A stretch of 64,000 nucleotides of DNA from Alphaproteobacteria bacterium (GCA_030752605.1 JASMDX010000034.1:6608-70607); one strand, 5' to 3'; shown: positions 8,842 to 19,958, counted from the stretch's first letter. Program-made: numbers and translations. The notes: generated by a model not told the origin, from the letters alone.

Positions 8842-11129
8842 CCTGATGCATTACTGATCGCTTGCCACAGGCGTTCCTGGGTCGCCGGCATGTCGATGTT
8901 CGTGATGCCCAGGGGCTTCAGGGCATCCAGTACCGCCGACATTATTGTTTGTGGCGCCCCGATGCAGCCCGCCTGGCCGGAGCCTTTGACGCCGAGCGGA
9001 TTGTTCAACGTCGGGGTTTGGCGGAAATGCACCTCGAACGAGGGCAAGTGCGAAGCGCGGGGCACGGTGTAGTCCATCAAGCTGCCGCTCAATAATTGCG
9101 CCGTATCCGGGTCGTAGGCGACCTCCTCCCACATGGCCTGGCCGATGCCTTGGGTGACGCCGCCGTGTACCTGGCCCTCGGTCAGGCGCGGATTAATCAT
9201 TGATCCGTAGTCATCGACCATCAGATAGCGGGCCAGGCGTATCGCACCAGTGTCCCGGTCGATCTCGACCTCGGCCACATGGCTGCCGCTGGGCAGGGTA
9301 AACGGCGCATCTTCGCGCCGCTCGTAACTATCCAGGCTACCCTTCGCCTGCCTAGCGACTTCCGAGAGGGAAACCGAGCGGCTGCTGTCAGCCACGCAAA
9401 ACTCACCGTCGGTGAATTCCAAAACCGCCTCATCCGCCTGTAACATCTGCGCCGCGATGGGCCGGGCCTTGGTCAGGGCCGCTTCCAGTGCAGCAACCAG
9501 GGCGCTGCCGCCCATATGCATGGAGCGGGCGCCGCCATGGCCGTTGCCCGCACGGACCAACGTGGTGTCCGCCTGGATGTAACGGAAGCTATCGAGAGGC
9601 AGGCCGAAATGGTCGGCGGCGATCTGGCTATATGCCGTTTCGTGCCCCTGACCGTTGGATTCCGTTCCTAAGCGCAGCTCCACCGAGCCATCGTCGAGGA
9701 ATTTGACCTCCGCGCCTTCCGAGGGCGCACCGCGCGCGGTCTCCAGGAAACAGGCGATACCCAGGCCTAGCAACTTGCCCTGCTCGGCCGCCGCCGCCCG
9801 CCGCGCTTCAAAGCTCGTGCGGTCGGCCAGGCGGACCGCTTCTTTCAGGTTGCCCTTGAAATCGCCGGTATCGATCTCGATCCCCAGCGAAGAGGTGTAG
9901 GGATAGCTGTCGATGACGTTGAGTAAGCGCAGTCGCACCCCATCGATGCCTGTTTGCACCGCCGCCGCTTCGATCAGGCGCTCGATAATATAATTAGATT
10001 CGGGCTTGCCCGCACCGCGATAGGCATCCACCGGCACGGTATTGGTAAATGCGCCATGCACCTCCAGGAAGACATCGGGAATATCATAGACCCCGCCCAT
10101 CGCTGTGGAGGCGGCATTGGTCGAGACACCTGGCCCGAAGGATGACAGATAGGCGCCCATGTTGGCGGTGGTAGCCGCCGAAAGCGCAAGAAAACGGCCA
10201 TCCGTATCTAGTGCCAGACGGGCCGAGGCGTGAATGTCCCGGCCTTGGGTGCTGGAGAGAAAATCCTCGCTGCGGTCCGCTACCCATTTGACCGATCGGC
10301 CCAGGCGCCGCGCAGCCCAGAGCAGCATGACATATTCAGGATAGACGAAATTTTTCAGACCGAAACCGCCGCCCACGAAGGGTGCGGCGACGTTCAGTTT
10401 ATCCTCCGCCACCTTGAATACGGCGCTGGCCAGCTGGCCGCGAATGCCGTGTACTCCCTGGCCCGTAAGCAGCAGGTTCAGCGTATCCGTGGCCCCATCG
10501 TAGCTGCCGATGGCGGCGCGCGGTTCGGTCGGCGCCGGCGAGACCCGGTTGTTGACGATGTCGAGCTCAACCACATGGGCTGCGCCCGCAAAGGCGGCGT
10601 CCACCGCCGTCCGGTCGCCCTTTTCAAAAACATAGGACAGATTGCCAGGTGCCTCGCCCCAGATTTCCGGCGCACCGGGTGCCAGCGCCTTGCGGCTGTC
10701 GACTACGGCGGGCAGACCCTCGTAATCAACCTCGATCAATTCCAGGGCGTCGAGGGCGGCTTCATGGCTTTCCGCGACGACGAATGCCACCGGATCGCCC
10801 ACATGGCGCACGCACCCCACGGCCAGGGCGTGGCGCGGCGGAACGATGATCGGTTCGACCGTGGCCACCACGGCGGGGGCGGCGCAGGGCAGGGGGTCGA
10901 TATCATCGGTGGCCAGATCGGCAGAGGTATAGACGCCGGCGACGCCGGGCAGGGCGGCCGCTGCGCTGGTATCGATGGCGACAATCAAGGCATGTGCGTA
11001 CGGCGAGCGCAGAACCGCGGCGTGGAGCTGCCCATCCAGGTTGATATCAGCGGTATATTTCGCCGCGCCGGTCAGGAAGCCGTGATCCTCCCGCCGTTGT
11101 ATGGATTGACCTAGAAGGGCGTCGTTCAT
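8838..11129 (-). CDS. Xanthine dehydrogenase-family molybdopterin-binding subunit (form II CoxL-like)
   Basis: VLRSPYAHA, VGGGFG, AYRGAGKPE, QVHGGVTQGIGQA and NPLGVKG motifs. Confidence 0.9.
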   Translation of the reverse strand: MNDALLGQSIQRREDHGFLTGAAKYTADINLDGQLHAAVLRSPYAHALIVAIDTSAAAALPGVAGVYTSADLATDDIDPLPCAAPAVVATVEPIIVPPRHALAVGCVRHVGDPVAFVVAESHEAALDALELIEVDYEGLPAVVDSRKALAPGAPEIWGEAPGNLSYVFEKGDRTAVDAAFAGAAHVVELDIVNNRVSPAPTEPRAAIGSYDGATDTLNLLLTGQGVHGIRGQLASAVFKVAEDKLNVAAPFVGGGFGLKNFVYPEYVMLLWAARRLGRSVKWVADRSEDFLSSTQGRDIHASARLALDTDGRFLALSAATTANMGAYLSSFGPGVSTNAASTAMGGVYDIPDVFLEVHGAFTNTVPVDAYRGAGKPESNYIIERLIEAAAVQTGIDGVRLRLLNVIDSYPYTSSLGIEIDTGDFKGNLKEAVRLADRTSFEARRAAAAEQGKLLGLGIACFLETARGAPSEGAEVKFLDDGSVELRLGTESNGQGHETAYSQIAADHFGLPLDSFRYIQADTTLVRAGNGHGGARSMHMGGSALVAALEAALTKARPIAAQMLQADEAVLEFTDGEFCVADSSRSVSLSEVARQAKGSLDSYERREDAPFTLPSGSHVAEVEIDRDTGAIRLARYLMVDDYGSMINPRLTEGQVHGGVTQGIGQAMWEEVAYDPDTAQLLSGSLMDYTVPRASHLPSFEVHFRQTPTLNNPLGVKGSGQAGCIGAPQTIMSAVLDALKPLGITNIDMPATQERLWQAISNASG

Positions 11130-11306
11130 AATCGAACCTCAATCTTGGAATCTTTCAGACAAGCATCAAGCCTAGCCATATCCGGTCATTGTTGGAACCG
11201 ATTTTACTCATGCTTGCTTGTGTTACCTCGCACAGGGGCCCTATTATCCCTGCAACACCATTCATGAACCGGCATCATGATCCGGAATACCAGGGGTAAG
11301 TCAGAA

Positions 11307-13583
11307 ATGAACGATAACAGCCAGCAGTTCAAATGGATCGGTACGAGTCCAATTCGGCCGGACGGACTAGACAAGGTAACAGGCAGGGCGCTGTTCGGCG
11401 CCGATCTCAAACTGCCGGGCATGTTGATTGGCAGAATTCTGCGCAGCCCCCACGCCCATGCCCGAATTCGTGGCATCGATACCTCCAAGGCGGAGGCCCT
11501 GGCTGGCGTGAAGGCCGTCGTTACTTCGGCCGATTTTCCCGACCAGCCCTCGGTCTATGTGGGTCCGGACCGGGTGCAGTCGAATCTACATCACATCACC
11601 CGCAACGTCATGGCGCGGGAAAAGGCGCTTTATGACGGCCATGCGGTGGCGGCGGTGGCGGCGACCTCGGCCTCGATCGCCGATCAGGCCCTAAAGCTGA
11701 TCGAGGTCGATTATGAAGTGCTGGCCCATGTCACCGACGTGGCCGCGGCCCTGGCCCCCGATGCGTCCCTGTTGCACGAGGATCTGATCACCCGGGGCAT
11801 GGACCCCGCGCCTGAGAAACCCTCGAACGTTGCCAAATACGGCGAGTTCTCGGTTGGCGATGCGGAGGCTGGTTTTGCCGAGGCCGACGAAGTTGTCGAA
11901 ATGGACTTCACCACAGAGACCGTGCATCAGGGCTATATCGAACCGCACGCCTGTGTGGCGCATTATAAACAGGACGGCCAGGGGGAGATCTTCTGTTCGA
12001 CCCAGGGCCATTTCGTGGTCCGCGCCGTGACCGCCAAGCTGCTGGGCATGAAACAGGCTGATCTCAAGGTGACTGCTTCTGAACTGGGCGGCGCCTTCGG
12101 CGGCAAGACCGTTGTTTATGTGGAGCCCGTGGCCCTGGCGCTATCGCGCAAATGCTCATTGCCGGTACGGGTGGTGATGTCCCGGGTTGAGGTGTTGAAG
12201 GCTTCCGGCCCCACGGCCTGTTCCATCATGAAGGTTAAGATCGGCGCCAAGAAGGACGGTACGATTTCGGGTGCCACGGCAGAGCTGAAATTCGGTGGCG
12301 GCGCCTTTCCCGGCGCGCCGGTGATCGGCGCGGCCATGTGCGCCTTCTCCCGCTATGATCTGGCCAACGTAAAGACCACGGCCTACGACGTTGTGATCAA
12401 CCGGCCCAAGGCAGCGGCCTATCGCGCGCCGGGTTCGCCCATTGCCGCGTTCGGCGTGGAAAGCACCCTGGATGCGGTGGCCCGCAAGATCGGCATGGAC
12501 CCCCTGGAGATCCGTCTGAAGAATGCCGCCCGCAACGGCTCCACCACGGTGTTCGGCCAGACCTTCACCAATATTGGCTATGCCGAAACCATCGAGGCGT
12601 TGATGGATCACCCCAACTACAAGGTGCCCCTGGGGCCGAACCAGGGCCGTGGCGTGGCCTCAGGCTTTTGGTTCAATGGCGGCGGCGAATCCTCGGCCAC
12701 CATGCACATTAACGACGACGGTACGGCGGTGGTCGGTACGGGCAGCCCGGATGTTGCCGGCTCTCGCGCCTCCATGGCGCTGATGGCGGCGGAGACATTG
12801 GGTATCGATTACGATCAGGTCCGCGCCACCGTGGCCGATACCGCCAATGTGGGCTACACCCACGTCTCGGGCGGCAGCCGGGTGACCCTGTCCACGGGCC
12901 TGGCAGTGGTCAACTCCGCCAACAAGGTGATCGACGAACTTTGCCTCCGCGCCGCCAAGATCTGGGGCGTGGAGCCCGAGGGCATCACCTGGGAAGACGG
13001 CCATGCCAAGCCGGCCTCGTCCAATGTGGGTGAGTTCGAACCGTTGTCCCTGGCCCAGATCGCAGCGCAAAAGGCGGCGACCGGCGGGCCCATCGTGGGC
13101 AGCGCGGGCGTTAATGCCACGGGCGTGGGCCCCGGCGTGGCGACGCAGATCTGCGATGTCGAGGTTGATCCAGAAACCGGCAAGCTGACTATCCTGCGCT
13201 TTACCACTGCCCAGGACGTGGGCCGTGCCATCCAGCCCGACTCGGTGGTCGGGCAGATCCAGGGTGGCTCCGTCCAGGGTATCGGCTGGGCTTTGAACGA
13301 GGAATATGTTTATGGCGAAGATGGCTTGCTGCAAAATCCGGGTTTCCTGGATTACCGTATGCCGTTGGCCTCGGACCTGCCCATGATCGATGCGGTGATG
13401 GTGGAAGTGACCAATCCCGAGCATCCCTACGGCGTCAAGGGCGTGGGTGAGGCCAATATTGTTCCGCCCATGGCTGCTGTCGCCAACGCGGTGCGCGATG
13501 CCACGGGGGTACGTGTAACCTCGCTGCCGATCTCGCCGCCGCGCCTTTTGGCGGCGTTGGGTGCGGGGGTGATGGAGGAATAA
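11307..13583 (+). CDS. Xanthine dehydrogenase-family molybdopterin-binding subunit
   Basis: DKVTGRA, ILRSPHAHA, LGGAFGGK, AYRAPG, GQIQGG and GVKGVGE motifs; probable start at MNDNSQ. Confidence 0.9.
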   Translation: MNDNSQQFKWIGTSPIRPDGLDKVTGRALFGADLKLPGMLIGRILRSPHAHARIRGIDTSKAEALAGVKAVVTSADFPDQPSVYVGPDRVQSNLHHITRNVMAREKALYDGHAVAAVAATSASIADQALKLIEVDYEVLAHVTDVAAALAPDASLLHEDLITRGMDPAPEKPSNVAKYGEFSVGDAEAGFAEADEVVEMDFTTETVHQGYIEPHACVAHYKQDGQGEIFCSTQGHFVVRAVTAKLLGMKQADLKVTASELGGAFGGKTVVYVEPVALALSRKCSLPVRVVMSRVEVLKASGPTACSIMKVKIGAKKDGTISGATAELKFGGGAFPGAPVIGAAMCAFSRYDLANVKTTAYDVVINRPKAAAYRAPGSPIAAFGVESTLDAVARKIGMDPLEIRLKNAARNGSTTVFGQTFTNIGYAETIEALMDHPNYKVPLGPNQGRGVASGFWFNGGGESSATMHINDDGTAVVGTGSPDVAGSRASMALMAAETLGIDYDQVRATVADTANVGYTHVSGGSRVTLSTGLAVVNSANKVIDELCLRAAKIWGVEPEGITWEDGHAKPASSNVGEFEPLSLAQIAAQKAATGGPIVGSAGVNATGVGPGVATQICDVEVDPETGKLTILRFTTAQDVGRAIQPDSVVGQIQGGSVQGIGWALNEEYVYGEDGLLQNPGFLDYRMPLASDLPMIDAVMVEVTNPEHPYGVKGVGEANIVPPMAAVANAVRDATGVRVTSLPISPPRLLAALGAGVMEE

Positions 13584-13656
13584 TTTCCTCCCGCCATTTC
13601 CTTGAATGAGTTGCCTCTGCCGGCGAAAGCGTTATTTTGTGCGCCCTCGCCGGCTC

Positions 13657-13716
13657 GAGCAATTTTCAATTGCTCTGTATCTTAAGAGTCTGAGCATGTT
13701 TTGAAAAAACATGCTC
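13657..13716. repeat. Two tandem GAGCA..TGCTC palindromes
   Basis: GAGCAATT-TTC-AATTGCTC (13657-13675) and GAGCATGTTT-TGAAA-AAACATGCTC (13692-13716). Confidence 0.6.
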
Positions 13717-13753
13717 GTGGCGCTGCACATAATCGAAACGACGGAGACGCCTA

Positions 13754-14599
13754 ATGGACGCGGTATTTTTCCACGACGGTAGATGGCACGAACAGCAACC
13801 CATGCTGATCGGGCCCATGAACCATGCCTTCTGGATGGCGTCGGTGGTGTTTGACGGCGCCCGCTCCATTGGAGGACTGGTTCCGGATGTGGAGGAACAT
13901 TGCGCCCGCCTTGTCAGTTCCGCCACCAACATGCTGCTGGCGCCCAAGCTGGAACCGGGCGAGATCGCCAAGCTTTGCCGCGAGGGCGTGCGCAAGCTGC
14001 CGCGGGAGATGGAGCTTTATATCAGGCCCATGTTCTTTGCCCGCGAAGGCTTTCTGGTGCCTGATGCCGACAGCACGGAATTCGTCCTGGCCATTTACGA
14101 CAATCCCCTGCCGCCCGAGGGGCCGTTTAAGGTCTGTCTCTCCTCCCGCCGCCGTCCGGCCCGTGACATGGCGCCGACCACGGCCAAGGCGTCCTGCCTC
14201 TATCCCAACACGGCCCTGGCTCTGACGGATGCGGCCAAGCGCGGTTTTGATAACGCGGTGATCCTGGACCCGAACGGCAACGTGGCGGAGTTTCTGTCGT
14301 CGAATCTGTGGATCGTCAAGGACGGCGTCGCCATGACCCCGGCCATCAACGGCACCTTCCTGAATGGCGTGACCCGCCAGCGCACCATTCGATTGTTGCG
14401 CGCCGATGGCATCGAAGTCATCGAGAGTACCCTGACGCTGGACGACCTTATGGATGCCGACGAGATATTCTCGTCGGGCAACCACGCCAAGATCCGCCCC
14501 GTCACCCAGTTCGAGGACCGCGAACTGCAACCCGGCCCCATCGGCCGCCGGGCGAAAGAACTGTATCTGGAATATGCGCAAGGTTTCTCGGTCTTTTAG
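13754..14599 (+). CDS. Branched-chain amino acid aminotransferase (PLP class IV)
   Basis: VFDGAR, LYIRP, AKASCLY (PLP Lys), VAEFLSSN and LNGVTR motifs. Confidence 0.9.
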   Translation: MDAVFFHDGRWHEQQPMLIGPMNHAFWMASVVFDGARSIGGLVPDVEEHCARLVSSATNMLLAPKLEPGEIAKLCREGVRKLPREMELYIRPMFFAREGFLVPDADSTEFVLAIYDNPLPPEGPFKVCLSSRRRPARDMAPTTAKASCLYPNTALALTDAAKRGFDNAVILDPNGNVAEFLSSNLWIVKDGVAMTPAINGTFLNGVTRQRTIRLLRADGIEVIESTLTLDDLMDADEIFSSGNHAKIRPVTQFEDRELQPGPIGRRAKELYLEYAQGFSVF

Positions 14600-14625
14600 G
14601 ACGTCTCCATCTTCCCCAACCGCGA

Positions 14626-17361
14626 TCAATTATTCAGAAAATCACGCGTCGCCTGAATTGCCTCGGCCAGACCAACGCGTTGGATCTCCACGCCTTCGGG
14701 AAATGCCGTGGTCAGGCGGGTGGGTAGCATGGCGTCCAGCATGACGAAGACGCCGCGATCGTCGGTTCGTCGCAACAGGCGACCATAGGCCTGTTTCAGG
14801 CGCAGGCGGGCGATCATGTCGTCATAGCCCTTGCCGAAGGATTTTTTCCGTGCCCGGTGCATGATGTCGGGGCGCGGCCAGGGCACCCGGTCAAAAACGA
14901 CCAGGCGCAGCGAACGCCCCGGCACATCGACGCCGTCGCGTACCGCGTCTGTGCCCAATAGGCAGGTGTTTTCCTCGGCCCGGAAGATATCCACCAGGGT
15001 GCCTGTGTCCATGGCATCCACATGTTGCGCCAACAGGGGTATGCCGGCTTCATCCAACGGCTTGGCAATACGTTCATGGATGGCGCGCAGGCGGGCAATC
15101 GCTGTGAACAGGCCCAGGCCGCCGCCGCCCGCCGCCAGGAATAGCTCCCGATAGGCCGCCGCGACCTGGTAGGGCCGGTTGCGGTTGACGTCGCGGACTA
15201 CCAGGATCCGCGTCGCGCTGGGATAATCGAACGGCGAGGGCAGGGAGGCGCGGACACTGGGAAGCGGCAGATGCAGCGCGCCGGTGCGGACCTCCGCCGC
15301 CGACCAATCGTCCGGGGCATCTGGCGGATTGTCCCTTAAAGTGGCCGAGGTGATCAGCACGCCGTGGGCCTGGCGTAGCACCGCCTCGGCGAACGGCTGG
15401 CTGGGATCGACCCAATGGCGGTGCATGCCGATGTCACGGTCTCTTCCGGCGAAGCGTTCGATGGCGAACCAATCGACGAAATGCTCTGGCGTCTCTTGGC
15501 CCAGGTCCGACAACATGGCGCGCCAGGCCTGCACCATGTCGGCCCGGCGTTTCAGGCTACGTGCGGCGGCCTCTATGCGCAGGCGCGTGGCGGTGTCCAG
15601 ATCATCGGCCTCGTCATCCAGGCGCGCCATCAGATGACGAACCAGCTCCAGCAACGGGCGGCGCAGGGCCTCGAAGGCGGCGGTGGCTTCGGAGGCTGCT
15701 TGCAGCAATTCGGCCTCCGGTTCCTCGACCGAGACTTCCAAACCATGGGGGGAGCGGTCATTATCCACCCGCGCCAACACGATATGACGGGCCTGGGCCA
15801 GGAAGGCCTCCATTGCTCCCTGTTCGCCACCCTCCGCCACCCGTTGCAGCCAGCCCGGCGCGGCCAATGTGGTGGCGGCACGCAGGATGTTTTGTTGGAT
15901 TGCCAGGCCGTCGTCATCGCCGATCAGGTCGCCGATGCGTGCCTCCAGCCCCCTTGTTCGGCCACGGCCACCCCCTCGTCTATTGGGCCCGGATTCGTTG
16001 CCCAACAGCCAGCGGCGCAGTTCCGTTCCCTCGCTGCCCACCACGTGGGTCGCGAAGGCGCTGTCGGCAGCGTCGAACACATGGTGGCCTTCGTCAAAGA
16101 CATAGCGCAGGGGCAGTTGCCCGCTGCCCGCCTCCAACACGGCGCGGATCATCACCAGGGCATGGTTAGCGACGACAATCTCGGCCTTTTCCGATTCCCG
16201 GCGGCTGCGTTCGATGAAGCATTTGGAATAATGCCGACAGGCGGAATAGACGCATTCGCCGCGCCGGTCGGTCAGGCCCTGTATGGTGCCGCCACCGTAC
16301 ATGGTGGCCAGCCAGCTGGGGAAATCGCCGCCCACCATATCGCCGTCCCGGCTATGTTCGATCCAGCGCGCGATTAGGCCCAGGGCAACGGTGCCCCCCG
16401 GTCCCGTGGCGAGCGCCTTGGTGGCGTCCTCGAAATTCAGCAGACAAAGGTAATTTTCCCGGCCCTTGCGCACCACGACGTTGCGGCGCTTTTGCGCGGG
16501 GTCGGGATATAGGCGGTCCAGCTCACCATCGATCTGGCGCTGCAGATTACGGGTGTAGGTGGAGAGCCAGACCGTGCCGCCGTTCTTGCGCGCCCACAAC
16601 GATGCCGTTGCGATATAGCCCAGGGTCTTGCCCACACCCGTACCCGCCTCGGCCAGAACTAGGCGCGGCATATCCGCCTCCTGACGCGGAATAAACGCCT
16701 GCGAGGCGGCGGCGGCATAATCGAACTGTTGCGGCCGGCTCTCGGCCGCGGCGCCGATCAATTTGGCCAGTTGATCCCGCGCCACCTCAGGTCCGATGGC
16801 ATGATCGCTGGGTGGTGGTGGCGGGGCGCTGTCCTCGCGCTCGGGCAGGCGCTGCCAGGCTTCCATGCCGCCGCCCGTGCTATCGGTGGGCACGCCCAGG
16901 GCAGCGAGGACCGCCGGGCCCCAGCGCCAGCCACCCCGCGCCATGGTCATGGCTAGGGCGCCGATACGGTCGCGGTGTTCCAAGGTGGCGGCTAGCTCCG
17001 CCAACAGCGCGCGGGCGCCTTGTTGCAGGGTCAGAGCCGCATCCATCGCGTCACCGGGCGGAGCCAAATTCAGGGCAGCGGCTAGCCCGCCGGGCGTGGG
17101 CAGGCAGAATTGGGCCGGGCGGGTAAAGGCATAGAGCTCCAATATGTCGAAGGCGGTGAGCGAACGCGCACCCAACCGGCTGGCCGTGGCTATGGCATGG
17201 CAGACGATGGGCGTCTGCTTGCTGGCTCGCGTCAAAGCCTCGGCGCCGCTGAATTCCTCGACCTCGCCGTTGGTGCTTAACCAGGTGCTCAGGCGCGCGC
17301 CCGCGACCATGGCGGGGGCGGTGAATTCCGTGCTTTTGGAGGTTGGTGTTGATCTGTTCAT
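14626..17361 (-). CDS. DinG/YoaA-family ATP-dependent DNA helicase
   Basis: EAGTGVGKT, KGRENYLC, DEGHH, TSAT, DGVDVPG and LKQAYGRLLR motifs; start uncertain (17400, 17361 or 17310). Confidence 0.92.
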   Translation of the reverse strand: MNRSTPTSKSTEFTAPAMVAGARLSTWLSTNGEVEEFSGAEALTRASKQTPIVCHAIATASRLGARSLTAFDILELYAFTRPAQFCLPTPGGLAAALNLAPPGDAMDAALTLQQGARALLAELAATLEHRDRIGALAMTMARGGWRWGPAVLAALGVPTDSTGGGMEAWQRLPEREDSAPPPPPSDHAIGPEVARDQLAKLIGAAAESRPQQFDYAAAASQAFIPRQEADMPRLVLAEAGTGVGKTLGYIATASLWARKNGGTVWLSTYTRNLQRQIDGELDRLYPDPAQKRRNVVVRKGRENYLCLLNFEDATKALATGPGGTVALGLIARWIEHSRDGDMVGGDFPSWLATMYGGGTIQGLTDRRGECVYSACRHYSKCFIERSRRESEKAEIVVANHALVMIRAVLEAGSGQLPLRYVFDEGHHVFDAADSAFATHVVGSEGTELRRWLLGNESGPNRRGGGRGRTRGLEARIGDLIGDDDGLAIQQNILRAATTLAAPGWLQRVAEGGEQGAMEAFLAQARHIVLARVDNDRSPHGLEVSVEEPEAELLQAASEATAAFEALRRPLLELVRHLMARLDDEADDLDTATRLRIEAAARSLKRRADMVQAWRAMLSDLGQETPEHFVDWFAIERFAGRDRDIGMHRHWVDPSQPFAEAVLRQAHGVLITSATLRDNPPDAPDDWSAAEVRTGALHLPLPSVRASLPSPFDYPSATRILVVRDVNRNRPYQVAAAYRELFLAAGGGGLGLFTAIARLRAIHERIAKPLDEAGIPLLAQHVDAMDTGTLVDIFRAEENTCLLGTDAVRDGVDVPGRSLRLVVFDRVPWPRPDIMHRARKKSFGKGYDDMIARLRLKQAYGRLLRRTDDRGVFVMLDAMLPTRLTTAFPEGVEIQRVGLAEAIQATRDFLNN

Positions 17362-17483
17362 GCTGGCTGCACTATAGGCCTGGACGAAATAGGCCGCCAC
17401 CGGTTGACGTGGCGCGATTTTTGCCTAATGTCCCACCGCCGCAAAGCTCGGTAGGGGCGAGTGGCACGTAAGGAGTTGGTAGC

Positions 17484-19070
17484 ATGGCAAAGAACACTGA
17501 AATCGCGATGGAAAGTAAGGCTTGGCCTTTTCAAGAGGCCCGCTCCCTGTTGAAACGTGTAGGCGGCAAGACGCCGGCCAAGGGTCATGTGCTGTTCCAA
17601 ACCGGCTATGGCCCCTCGGGCCTGCCCCATATCGGCACTTTTGGCGAGGTGGCGCGGACCTCCATGGTGCGCCGGGCCTTCAATGAATTATGCGATATCC
17701 CAACCCGCCTGGTGGCTTTTTCCGACGACATGGATGGCCTGCGCAAGGTGCCCGACAACGTGCCCAATCAGGAACTGTTGGCCGGGCATCTGGAAATGCC
17801 CCTGACCAAGGTGCCAGATCCGTTCGGTACCCATGACAGCTTTGGCGCCCACAACAACGCGCGCCTGCAGGCATTCCTGGATCAGTTCGGTTTTGACTAT
17901 GAATTCGTCTCGTCGACGGAGTGTTACCAATCGGGCCTGTTCGACGATGCCCTGCTGGCGGTGTTGGCGAAATATGACGAGGTGATGAACGTTATTCTGC
18001 CCACCCTGGGTGCGGATCGTCAGGCTACCTATAGCCCGTTCTTGCCCGTCTGCCCGGACACGGGGCGCGTTTTGCAGGTGCCGATCATCGAGCAGAATTT
18101 AGATTCTGGAACGGTGGTCTACGAAAACGAGGTCGGTGCCAGGGTCGAGGTGCCGGTGACGGCGGGCCATTGCAAACTGCAATGGAAGGCGGACTGGGCC
18201 ATGCGCTGGTTCGCCCTGGATGTCGATTACGAGATGTCGGGTAAGGACTTGATCGAGTCCGTGCACCTGTCCTCCAAGATCTGCCGTATCCTGGGCTCCC
18301 GTCCACCCGAGAGTTTTACCTACGAATTGTTCCTGGACGAGAATGGCGAAAAGATTTCCAAGTCCCGTGGCAATGGCCTCTCGATCGAGGAATGGCTGCA
18401 CTACGCAACGCCAGAAAGCCTTTCGCTCTATATGTTCCAACAGCCGCGCCGGGCCAAGCGCCTGTTTTTTGATGTCATCCCCCGGGCAGCGGATGACTAT
18501 CTGCGCTTTCTCGATAGCTTTCATGACCAGGAAGCAGTCGAGCAGATGTCCAATCCGGCCTGGCATATTCATGCCGGCCAGCCGCCGCAGGAAGACGTCC
18601 CGATCACATTCGCCTTGCTGATGAACCTGGCCGGTGCCTGTCACTCGGAAGATCCGGATGTCCTGTGGGGCTTCATCTCCCGCTATGCGCCGGGTGCCAC
18701 AGCGGAAAACCATCCCCTGCTGGATACCCTGGTTGGCTATGCCATCAACTACTACCAGGACTTCGTGAAACCCAACAAGGTCTATCGCCAGCCAACCGAT
18801 CAGGAGCGGGCAGCGATGCAGGATCTGCAGGCGGTGCTGGAGGGCATGGATGCGGGACTGTCGGGCTCGGACATTCAGAACCATGTCTACGAGATTGGCA
18901 AGGCGCATGAATTCGAGAACCTGCGCGATTGGTTCAAGGCCCTTTATGAGGTGCTGTTCGGGCAAAGCCAGGGGCCGCGCTTTGGTTCATTCGCCGCTCT
19001 CTACGGCGTGGCCGAAACAGCTACTCTTGTACGCCGAGCCCTGGCGGGCGATGATCTAGCCGCGGAGTAA
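17484..19070 (+). CDS. lysS: Lysine--tRNA ligase, class I
   Basis: [21 protein letters not shown] and QGPRFGSF motifs. Confidence 0.96.
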   Translation: MAKNTEIAMESKAWPFQEARSLLKRVGGKTPAKGHVLFQTGYGPSGLPHIGTFGEVARTSMVRRAFNELCDIPTRLVAFSDDMDGLRKVPDNVPNQELLAGHLEMPLTKVPDPFGTHDSFGAHNNARLQAFLDQFGFDYEFVSSTECYQSGLFDDALLAVLAKYDEVMNVILPTLGADRQATYSPFLPVCPDTGRVLQVPIIEQNLDSGTVVYENEVGARVEVPVTAGHCKLQWKADWAMRWFALDVDYEMSGKDLIESVHLSSKICRILGSRPPESFTYELFLDENGEKISKSRGNGLSIEEWLHYATPESLSLYMFQQPRRAKRLFFDVIPRAADDYLRFLDSFHDQEAVEQMSNPAWHIHAGQPPQEDVPITFALLMNLAGACHSEDPDVLWGFISRYAPGATAENHPLLDTLVGYAINYYQDFVKPNKVYRQPTDQERAAMQDLQAVLEGMDAGLSGSDIQNHVYEIGKAHEFENLRDWFKALYEVLFGQSQGPRFGSFAALYGVAETATLVRRALAGDDLAAE

Positions 19071-19096
19071 AAAAACAAAGCGGGAGGATGCGGTAA

Positions 19097-19948
19097 ATGG
19101 AAAATCTGGCTACGGGATACGGCCTGATCGAGGGACCTGTTTGGGATGAAGACCGGGGTTTGATTTTCTCCGATGTGATCAACGGCGGGGTTTTTTGTCT
19201 TGGGCCGGACGACGGTATCAGCCAGATAATCGAACATCGCCGGGGCATTGGCGGAATGGCCCTGCACGAAAACGGTGGCATCGTGGTCTCGGGCCGCAAC
19301 ATCTCGCTAAAGCCCGCTGGCGGCGGCGATACGGTGTTGTTGTTGCCGGATGACCCGGACGGCGGCCGGATCGGCTTCAACGATATCACCACCGATGCCA
19401 AGGGCCGTATCTATGCCGGTGCGTTGTCGTTCCGTCCGGTTGGCCATGACGAAACGCCGAAACCGGCAAGCCTTTATTGTATTGATCTGGATGGTAGCGC
19501 CAGGGTCGTCGGTGAGGATGTCATGTTGACCAACGGCCTGGGCGTCTCACCCGATGGCAGCAAGCTTTATCATTCGGAATCCCTGCGCAACCGGGTCCGT
19601 GTCTACGATGTCGCGGCGAATGGCGATCTTGGGCCCCATCGTACCTTCGCCACCATCGAAGGCGGTATTCCCGATGGCCTGGCGGTCGCCGTAGACGGCA
19701 GCCTCTGGGTAGCCATCGCCGATGGTGGCTGTATCGAGGTGTTCGAACCTGATGGCCGCCTGCGCTGTACAATTCCGTGCGAGCAGCCCATGGTCACGTC
19801 CGTCTGCTTCGGTGGCGTGGATCTGATGGATTTCTATATCGTTACCGGTTCGCGCGGCGCCGGCCGGGATAATGCCGGTACGGTCTTCCGCATGCGCGCC
19901 GACGTGGCGGGTCTGCCCCTGGCACTAGCCAAGGTGGCACTGCCTTAA
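19097..19948 (+). CDS. SMP-30/gluconolactonase/LRE family protein
   Basis: EGPVW, FND, NGLG and PDGL motifs. Confidence 0.9.
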   Translation: MENLATGYGLIEGPVWDEDRGLIFSDVINGGVFCLGPDDGISQIIEHRRGIGGMALHENGGIVVSGRNISLKPAGGGDTVLLLPDDPDGGRIGFNDITTDAKGRIYAGALSFRPVGHDETPKPASLYCIDLDGSARVVGEDVMLTNGLGVSPDGSKLYHSESLRNRVRVYDVAANGDLGPHRTFATIEGGIPDGLAVAVDGSLWVAIADGGCIEVFEPDGRLRCTIPCEQPMVTSVCFGGVDLMDFYIVTGSRGAGRDNAGTVFRMRADVAGLPLALAKVALP

Positions 19949-19958
19949 GGAATAAGAC

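Noticed and set aside
10230-11114. Long antisense ORFs (this one and others, e.g. 15415-16377, 37182-38063, 41346-42341)
   Set aside because: They are shadow frames of high-GC genes with no motifs.
8838-11129. Aerobic CO dehydrogenase call (coxL)
   Set aside because: It lacks the form I AYxCSFR motif, and no coxM/coxS or accessory genes are adjacent.
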